A DNA stretch of 55,122 bases from the NCBI GenBank assembly GCA_018669975.1, contig JABHSK010000005.1, forward strand, positions 1-55,122, written 5' to 3'. A program made the position numbers and the translations under genes. Origin of the DNA: Candidatus Parcubacteria bacterium (lineage in GTDB: Bacteria; Patescibacteriota; Patescibacteriia; UBA1558; GWA2-36-10). The notes below the pieces were generated by a model. It was not told the DNA's origin. It did no database searches and saw nothing but the letters and a program-made list of their open reading frames with translations. Of the stretch, positions 28,639 through 34,996 are shown one piece after another; positions within the stretch are counted from its first letter, which is position 1, and every line of letters begins with the position of its first letter.

Positions 28639-28655
28639 TTAGATAAAGTGGATGT

Positions 28656-28946
28656 ATGTCAATAAAAAAAGATTTAGAATGCATGGAAAAAATACTTAAA
28701 AGAGATCAGGTAACTGCTGAAGAGTTTTTCAAAGGTGCTATAGCTCTTATGAGGATGCACAGAAGGAGTTTAGTAACAATGAAAAATGAAGGAAAAGTTG
28801 TGCGTGAGTTTGTTAGCAGGCATCTCGAGGTTAGAGACAAGGAGACCGCAGTTATGATAAATTTTATTAAAAGTTATGAAAAAACATTTAGGGGCTATAA
28901 AAAGTTGATGATGAATGAAAAGAAGAATAAAAATGTTAAAAAATAA
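28656..28946 (+). CDS. hypothetical small basic helical protein
   Basis: 96 aa with no TM segment and a Lys-rich tail. The junction motif precedes it. Confidence 0.5.
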   Translation: MSIKKDLECMEKILKRDQVTAEEFFKGAIALMRMHRRSLVTMKNEGKVVREFVSRHLEVRDKETAVMINFIKSYEKTFRGYKKLMMNEKKNKNVKK

Positions 28947-28959
28947 TTGAATTAGATAT

Positions 28960-29223
28960 ATGAAAAAGATTTTATTAATTTTAATAGCCCCCTTATTAAT
29001 GGGAGCGGGATGTTCTAATAAAAGTTGGACAGGTTATTATTATCCAGACTCCAATGATCTAGAATATTATAAAACTTCATTTGGCTTTGAATCATTAGAA
29101 GATTGTAGAGATTGGGCGCTTTCTATAGCAAATGATAATGAAAACTGGGATTACGAATGTGGTTACAATTGTCGTGTTGATAAAGACTTAGCTATTAATG
29201 TGTGTGATAAAACAGACAAATAA
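28960..29223 (+). CDS. small lipoprotein, unknown function
   Basis: The signal peptide has the lipobox-like sequence LLMGAGC. The mature part has 5 further Cys. The junction motif precedes it. Confidence 0.6.
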   Translation: MKKILLILIAPLLMGAGCSNKSWTGYYYPDSNDLEYYKTSFGFESLEDCRDWALSIANDNENWDYECGYNCRVDKDLAINVCDKTDK

Positions 29224-29320
29224 AGATACTAAATAGTTCATTAGATATAACAAAAGATTTAATAAGTAATTCATACGAACATGTTAGTTCTATTTTTCCT
29301 AGGTCTTAGATCCCAATTAT

Positions 29321-29617
29321 ATGTTTGACTGTGTGATTCCTACTAGAGAAGCTAGACATGGAAAATTATATATTAGAAAAAAAGCAGGCTTTGGTAAAGA
29401 TTTTTATGAGAACATTATTATTACCAATGCTAAATTTAAAAATGATAAGCGTCCAATAAATAATAATAGTTTAAAAAACTATTCCCGAGCTTATTTACAT
29501 CATTTATTTAAAACTCAAGAACCTCTAGCATTAAGATTAGCCACAACGAATAATATAGAATTTTATCTGCAGTTGATGGCTGACATTAGATCTGCCGTGA
29601 AAGGGGGTAAGTTATGA
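29321..29617 (+). pseudogene. orphan 3' fragment of tgt (last 98 codons), displaced copy
   Basis: MFDCVIPTREARHGKLYIRKK...YSRAYLHHLFKTQEPLALRLATTNNIEFYLQLMADIR aligns end to end with Tgt residues 269-365. There is no upstream tgt sequence. The fragment begins exactly at the 41-bp repeat (29321..29361). Confidence 0.85.
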
Positions 29618-29681
29618 GAGATTTGAAGCTAAATATTGAAGATATTCATAATTATTATGATTTCTATCTCTTTGTATGTGT

Positions 29682-29710
29682 CTGATGTCTGATATACGAA
29701 AAACTATACG
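29682..29710 (+). other. possible third, very short tgt 3'-end remnant
   Basis: CTGATGTCTGATATACGAAAAACTATACG matches 26902..26930 (CTAATGAGTGATATACGAAAAGCCATCAA) at 21 of 29 positions, with a 13-nt exact core. It encodes LMSDIRKTI, against LMSDIRKAI at the Tgt C-terminus. Confidence 0.35.
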
Positions 29711-29711
29711 T

Positions 29712-30593
29712 ATGAGCAAAAGAGGATTTACCATAATAGAATTGATTATTGTAATAACCATTGTAGCGGTACTAGCAATTGGTATTTTTGTAGCCGTTGA
29801 TCCAGCCAAGCGTATTGGTGAAGCTAGAGATGCACAACGTTGGTCAGACTTGATAGCTATAGCTAAGGCAGTCGAACTTTATACAGCTGACAATGGTCAG
29901 TTGCCGTCAGATTTTTCGGTAAGCAATATAGCTGAGGGGGAAAAGCTGGTTTTGTGTAGTAGTGCCGCAAGTAGAACCTGTGATGGTCAAACCGAAGCAT
30001 GTCTAGTAGTTGATGATTCAGATTTTTTGGGAGTCTACTTAAATTCTATACCTATTGACCCTAGTAAATCAGTGGATACAGATACTGGATACTACATAAC
30101 TCGTGGCAGTGGTAATTCAATTACTTTTGGTGTTTGTGATGCCTATAACTCAGCCGGCATTGAAATGAAGGCTCAAGTTTCGATGGCCACTCTGGTAGCT
30201 GTCTGCGGTGATGGTGATATAGAGGGCAGTGAGGCCTGTGATGATAGTAATGAAGTAACAGAAACACAGACTTGTGGCAATGGCACCCAAGAAAATGGTA
30301 CATATTGTAATGCTACTTGTACAGCGGAAGTAGTTTTGACGGAGGCTTGTGATGATGGTGATGTGCAGAATGAGACCTGCGGTGATGGTGAAATCCAAAC
30401 GATATTCGGTGATTATTGCAACTCAACTTGCACAGCTACTATAGTATTTCCAGCCCCAGAATATTGTGATTATGATACTTTTACCAATGATTGTAATGAT
30501 GCTATCTATGGTTGGTTGACAGAGGCAGACGTTGGTACGGGAAACTTCTGCAGAGAAGGAATTTGTAATTCTAAGATCCTTCTTTGCCTTTAA
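29712..30593 (+). CDS. type IV pilin-like protein with Cys-rich C-terminal repeats
   Basis: The class III signal is MSKRGFTIIELIIVITIVAVLA (G|FTxxE). The pilin-like core reads DPAKRIGEARDAQRWSDLIAIAKAVELY. The C-terminal half has about 24 Cys in CGDG/CDDG-type repeats. The ATG at 29712 is preferred over the track start at 29676. Confidence 0.85.
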   Translation: MSKRGFTIIELIIVITIVAVLAIGIFVAVDPAKRIGEARDAQRWSDLIAIAKAVELYTADNGQLPSDFSVSNIAEGEKLVLCSSAASRTCDGQTEACLVVDDSDFLGVYLNSIPIDPSKSVDTDTGYYITRGSGNSITFGVCDAYNSAGIEMKAQVSMATLVAVCGDGDIEGSEACDDSNEVTETQTCGNGTQENGTYCNATCTAEVVLTEACDDGDVQNETCGDGEIQTIFGDYCNSTCTATIVFPAPEYCDYDTFTNDCNDAIYGWLTEADVGTGNFCREGICNSKILLCL

Positions 30594-30623
30594 TATTACA
30601 AAATATATTATTAATATAAATAT

Positions 30624-31547
30624 ATGTTAGTAGATTTCTTAAAGAAGCAAACAGGTTTTACTATGCCAACCTTAATGTTGACTATAGCGGTTGTGTTATT
30701 ATTGGCTACTTCAGTGTTAGTAACAGTAAATCCAGCCAAGCGTATTGGTAAATCAAAAAATGCTCGTCGTTTAGCTGATATTACAGCTATTGCTAAAGCA
30801 GTAGAAACCTACGCTATAGACAATCATCAACTTCCTTCAGATTTTTCTACTACAAGTTTGTCTACAGAAAACAAATTTGTTTTATGTAGCTCAGAAGGAG
30901 CACTTACTTGTAATGGAGAAACTTGGGGTTGTCTAGTAGTGGATGATGATGATTTTTTAGGTGTGTATTTACCTACTTTGCCCGTAGATCCTTCGAAATC
31001 AGATGCAAGTGATACGGGTTATTATGTGACTAGGAAAGCTGATAATATGTTAGCAATAGGGTCTTGTGATACCTATAATGATGATACTATTCAGGTGGTA
31101 TCCAAGGCAGCCTTGCCAGATTATGTCGCTTTGCCAGTTTGTGGCAATCTTATCATTGAGGGCAATGAGGCTTGTGATGATGGTGATAGAGAAAACGAAA
31201 CACAGACTTGCGGTAATGGCATCCAAGAAAATGGTACTTATTGTAATTCTACTTGTACAGCAGTAATAAATTTGACCGAAGCCTGTGATGATGGTGATAC
31301 TGATTGGGAGACCTGTGGTAACTCTACGTTAGATTCAGCGGGCACTTATTGCAATCCTACTTGTACAAGTGTAACAGTTGTATCTAGCGACGAGTGGTGT
31401 GATTCGAATGGATCTGGTGGTTTATGTATAGATGAAGGTACTAATTATTATTCAACTGGCTTTGTGTGGGATGGTATTAATTGCACTAAATTTGATGCTG
31501 GTTGTTCTGATACTTGTCATGCTTGTATATGGGCTTGCGGCTTCTAA
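30624..31547 (+). CDS. pilin-like paralog with a degenerate prepilin signal and Cys-rich C-terminal repeats
   Basis: It is a paralog of the preceding gene (NPAKRIGKSKNARRLADITAIAKAVETY). The leader is KKQTGFTMPTLML, which lacks Glu at +5. The same CDDGD...ETCGN...YCN.TCT repeats are present. Confidence 0.8.
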   Translation: MLVDFLKKQTGFTMPTLMLTIAVVLLLATSVLVTVNPAKRIGKSKNARRLADITAIAKAVETYAIDNHQLPSDFSTTSLSTENKFVLCSSEGALTCNGETWGCLVVDDDDFLGVYLPTLPVDPSKSDASDTGYYVTRKADNMLAIGSCDTYNDDTIQVVSKAALPDYVALPVCGNLIIEGNEACDDGDRENETQTCGNGIQENGTYCNSTCTAVINLTEACDDGDTDWETCGNSTLDSAGTYCNPTCTSVTVVSSDEWCDSNGSGGLCIDEGTNYYSTGFVWDGINCTKFDAGCSDTCHACIWACGF

Positions 31548-31563
31548 ATTATTATTTTAAAAA

Positions 31564-31590
31564 AGTCCCCGTAGCTTATATACGGGGACT
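31564..31590. terminator. bidirectional terminator
   Basis: A perfect 10-bp stem AGTCCCCGTA / TACGGGGACT with a 7-nt loop. It is flanked by an A-run and a T-run. Confidence 0.85.
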
Positions 31591-31776
31591 TTTGATATTT
31601 TCAGAAAGAATCAGTGCTTTGGTGTGTTGTTCGTTTTTTGGCTTCTCGGAGGCAGACTTTGTCTGGGTGCTAGCTAGTATCCAAGCTTCTTCTTCCGATG
31701 GTACTCGGCGCCTGTTGAACATACCAACTACAATTTTTTTTCCAGTAGCTGGGTCCCTTTCAATAGCATAAAGCAT
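31576..31776 (-). CDS. hypothetical 66-aa protein
   Basis: AAAGGTGA lies 5 nt upstream of the ATG at 31776. The sequence is GC-richer than the flanks, and the ORF ends inside the terminator hairpin. I recognise no family. Confidence 0.45.
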   Translation of the reverse strand: MLYAIERDPATGKKIVVGMFNRRRVPSEEEAWILASTQTKSASEKPKNEQHTKALILSENIKSPRI

Positions 31777-31875
31777 GATTATCACCTTTCTTTTTGAGTT
31801 TGAGAAACGAACTGATGTATATTGATCACAGTAATTTATTTAGAAATTTTAGTCAAATATGGTATAATTTAATCG

Positions 31876-32256
31876 ATGACACAGAATATAATTATACAAG
31901 CAATCAAATCTATATTTATAGATATCATTGGGGAAATTTTATATTTTCCTATTTGGTGGTATGCCCAAGGTTTAAAAAGAACCACGCTTTGGATGTGGAA
32001 TTCTATTGTAGGTTCAGCTCGTAATCTAGCCCTTCCATTGATGTTTAAAAATCTATTCAAACCAATGTTTGGACAGACAGATAGGCAGGGCAGAGCAATT
32101 AGTTTTGTAATGAGAATCATCCTAACTCTTAGTAGGTTGATTGTATTTATTGTGTTATTAGTTTTTAATTTATTAGTTTTGATATTTTGGATTGTTTTAC
32201 CCGTTGTAGTTGCCTGGGGATTAGCAACAAACATTAGAGAATTATGGAAGCAGTAA
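31876..32256 (+). CDS. small integral membrane protein, translationally coupled to the Clp-like ATPase
   Basis: 126 aa with hydrophobic helices. An extended -10 (TGGTATAAT, 31860-31868) ends 7 nt before the ATG. The stop overlaps the next ATG by 13 nt. Confidence 0.65.
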   Translation: MTQNIIIQAIKSIFIDIIGEILYFPIWWYAQGLKRTTLWMWNSIVGSARNLALPLMFKNLFKPMFGQTDRQGRAISFVMRIILTLSRLIVFIVLLVFNLLVLIFWIVLPVVVAWGLATNIRELWKQ

Positions 32257-34931
32257 AGTTTAAAATTTGTGATCAATGCCAAGGAAGTGGCAAAGTAGGT
32301 AGACACGCCTGTAATATTTGTTTTGGGCATGGCAGATTTTACTTTTCTGATAATAATTTTGTTTATTGGCAAAAAGAAATTAGTTATGCCCATATTTTCA
32401 TTAGAGAGCTTACGAAAACAATTAATATAATAATAAATACCTTATTAATTGCGGGAGTATTTTTAACACTAACTTTAATTTACGTTATTTTAGATGGAGT
32501 TCAGTTTGAACCCACCTATTTATTAGACTTTTTAATTACTCCTAGTAAATATAATTTTTGGCTGTATCTTCTGATCATGTTTGATATGGGTCTTTATTAT
32601 CGTTTGACAGTGCCAGCTATTAGGGAAAAGAAACAACTTAGTCTTTTAAAGAGTAAAGAAACCTACACTAAACATAATATTGCAGATAGTCTTAGCCAGG
32701 AAACTTCAAATATCATTGACAAGGCTTGGCTCTATGCGCAGCATAAGAAGGTTTTTCCGGTAACTGTTTGGCACCTATTGTTTGTGCTATTTAATGATAA
32801 AGATATTCGTTTGGTGTTGGCTCGCCTAGGTGTGGGGGTTGATAATTTAAGAAAGAGCATTGATGATAATATATCTAAACTGGCTTCTCAGCATGAAAGA
32901 AAAGCTGATATAACAGATATTTTTAGGGAGACATTACTCAATGCTTATCTGCACATGCGGGATAGGCAGTCACAACATATATCAGAAGTAGATCTTTTAG
33001 CGGGCATGGTTTTATCTAGTCAAGAAATTAGAAACTTCTTTTATGATTTTGATATAGATGAAGAAAAAATAGACAATGTCATTGCCTGGATTAATATTAA
33101 TAAGCAATTAGCCGTTCGTTATAAAAGATTTAGGTCTGCCGCTTTATTCAAACCAAAATCAAATATTAATCGTTCGTATACAGCCATAGCCACTCCGGTA
33201 TTAGATAGTTTTTCACAGGATTTAACAGCTTTAGCTCGGGGAGGTTATTTACCTTTAACCGTAGCTAGAGAGCAGGAGATTAATGAGGTGATCACTACTG
33301 TAGAGAGTGATATGTCTAGTGTAATGTTGGTTGGTCCATCTGGTATAGGTAAGGATAAGGTAGTAGAGGGTTTAGCTAACAGAATGATGGCCGAAGAGGT
33401 ACCAGAGCTTTTTCAAGATAAGCGACTAGTCAGTGTGTCGGTTCCTTTTTTGGTATCTGGAGCTAGCGGTACAGGTGCATTGGAAGAAAGGTTTTTAGCT
33501 ATTCTTAATGAGGTTAGTATCTCTGGAAATATTATTTTATATATAGAAAATATTCATCAACTAGTTGGTATTTCTTCAGCAGGTACAGAGGGTATTGATT
33601 TGGCTGAAGTATTATCTTCAGAAATTAGAAATCGAGGTTTAATGGTTATAGCTACTACTGACAGTAAAAGTTATGTGCAATTCTTGGAGGCCAGTGCTTT
33701 GGGTGAGACCATGAAGAAAATTACCGTTAAAGAGCCAGATAAAAATCAAACTATTAAAATTATGGAGGCTCATGTTGGTGCAGTTGAAAATAAGCACCAA
33801 GTGTATTTTACTTATGATGCCCTAGAGAACATTTTTGAATTATCAGATAGATATATGGCTGATAAGCATCTACCGAAAAAGGCCATTGATTTGATGGATG
33901 AGGCTGGTATTATGGTAGCCAAGTCTAGACGACAGGACAGGTTGATTAGGAAAGAGGATATTGCAACCTTAGTTAGTCGTAAGACTAATATTCCTTTAAC
34001 GGAAGTGACGGCTAAGGAGTCAGCCAAATTAATGAATTTAGAAGAGGAGATTCATGAACGTATCGTTGGTCAAGAAGAAGCAGTTAAGCATGTAGCAGCT
34101 GCTTTACGTAGGGCTAGGGCTGAGCTCAGGGATCGTAAGCGACCGATTGTAAATTTGCTTTTCCTAGGACCTACTGGTGTTGGTAAAACAGAATTAGCTA
34201 AAACAGTAGCTGAAAAATATTTTGGTGATGAACAAAATATGATTAGGCTAGATATGAGTGAATACCAGAATCAGACTAGTTTGCCGCGCCTGATTGGTTC
34301 ACCGCAGACTGGCACACCAGGATTATTGACAGAGGCTGTTAGACATAAACCCTTTGCTTTATTATTGCTAGACGAAATAGAAAAATCGCATCCAGATATT
34401 CTCAATGTATTTTTGCAAGTTATGGAAGATGGTCGTTTAACGGATGCGTTGGGTAGAACAGTGGATTTTACAAATTTAATTATCGTAGCCACATCCAATG
34501 CAGGCACACCGTTTATTCAAGAGCAGATTAAACAGGGAAACAATGTTGACGATTTTCAAGAGCAACTTATTAAAGAGGAGATCAAGGATGTGTTTAGACC
34601 TGAGTTTATTAATCGTTTTGACGGTGCCATAGTATTTAGGCCACTTACTAGAGAAGAGATATATAGGATTGCTGGTTTAATGCTTAATAAAGTTAAGAAA
34701 AGATTAGAAGAAAAAGGAGTTTTCTTTGAAATCACCGAAGCAGCTCAGCGGGAGCTAGCTGAGGCTGGTTTTGACCCAGTCTTTGGCGCCAGACCATTAC
34801 GGCGTGTTATTCAGGAAAGAGTAGACAATGCACTCTCTAATTTTCTTTTGACCGGAAAATTAAACCGTCGTGATATTGTGATTTATGATGCAGGCGCTAA
34901 GATTAGTGTTAAGAAGCCAACTGGATATTAA
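32244..34931 (+). CDS. ClpB/ClpC-like two-module AAA+ protein with an N-terminal DnaJ-type zinc finger and two TM helices
   Basis: The N-terminus has two CxxCxGxG units (CDQCQGSG and CNICFGHG), then two hydrophobic helices and a Clp_N-like repeat. D1 has GPSGIGKD and YIENIH. D2 is canonical: GPTGVGKT, LLLLDEIEKSHP, TSNAG and GARPLRRVI. Confidence 0.85.
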   Translation: MEAVKFKICDQCQGSGKVGRHACNICFGHGRFYFSDNNFVYWQKEISYAHIFIRELTKTINIIINTLLIAGVFLTLTLIYVILDGVQFEPTYLLDFLITPSKYNFWLYLLIMFDMGLYYRLTVPAIREKKQLSLLKSKETYTKHNIADSLSQETSNIIDKAWLYAQHKKVFPVTVWHLLFVLFNDKDIRLVLARLGVGVDNLRKSIDDNISKLASQHERKADITDIFRETLLNAYLHMRDRQSQHISEVDLLAGMVLSSQEIRNFFYDFDIDEEKIDNVIAWININKQLAVRYKRFRSAALFKPKSNINRSYTAIATPVLDSFSQDLTALARGGYLPLTVAREQEINEVITTVESDMSSVMLVGPSGIGKDKVVEGLANRMMAEEVPELFQDKRLVSVSVPFLVSGASGTGALEERFLAILNEVSISGNIILYIENIHQLVGISSAGTEGIDLAEVLSSEIRNRGLMVIATTDSKSYVQFLEASALGETMKKITVKEPDKNQTIKIMEAHVGAVENKHQVYFTYDALENIFELSDRYMADKHLPKKAIDLMDEAGIMVAKSRRQDRLIRKEDIATLVSRKTNIPLTEVTAKESAKLMNLEEEIHERIVGQEEAVKHVAAALRRARAELRDRKRPIVNLLFLGPTGVGKTELAKTVAEKYFGDEQNMIRLDMSEYQNQTSLPRLIGSPQTGTPGLLTEAVRHKPFALLLLDEIEKSHPDILNVFLQVMEDGRLTDALGRTVDFTNLIIVATSNAGTPFIQEQIKQGNNVDDFQEQLIKEEIKDVFRPEFINRFDGAIVFRPLTREEIYRIAGLMLNKVKKRLEEKGVFFEITEAAQRELAEAGFDPVFGARPLRRVIQERVDNALSNFLLTGKLNRRDIVIYDAGAKISVKKPTGY

Positions 34932-34959
34932 TTTTTATTTTATATTAAAAAATAAAAAG

Positions 34960-34990
34960 CCCCGGGTCAAAACCGACTCGGGGTTATTTG
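34960..34990. terminator. bidirectional terminator between convergent genes
   Basis: CCCCGGGTC...GACTCGGGG (one G-U pair). An A-run lies upstream and TTATTT downstream. Confidence 0.7.
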
Positions 34991-34996
34991 ATCTCA

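Larger units (their letters stand above)
26650..29361 (+). mobile_element. candidate integrated element remnant or Campbell-type insertion in tgt (no recombinase present)
   Basis: The interval is bounded by the 41-bp perfect direct repeat. It carries a GC-richer replacement tgt 3' end plus small cassette ORFs. The displaced AT-rich tgt tail lies immediately to the right. Confidence 0.45.

Noticed and set aside
29712-31547. Diversity-generating retroelement (template/variable repeat pair) as an explanation for the near-identical 67-nt block in the two pilin-like genes
   Set aside because: The six mismatches in the block are not adenine-specific (T/C, C/T, C/T, A/T, G/T, G/A). No reverse transcriptase gene is in the window. 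Gene conversion between paralogs is the simpler explanation.
31514-31771. 85-aa plus-strand ORF spanning the pilin terminator
   Set aside because: It reads straight through a perfect 10-bp terminator hairpin and has no start context. The minus-strand 66-codon ORF, which has an SD, is the better though still uncertain reading of this GC-richer patch.
31869-32393. 174-aa minus-strand ORF, and the 76-aa plus-strand ORF 31794..32024, as alternatives to the 126-aa membrane protein
   Set aside because: The plus-strand 31876..32256 frame has an extended -10 just upstream, clean TM helices and a stop overlapping the Clp start. The minus-strand product is Asn/Ile/Thr-rich, low complexity and has no signals.
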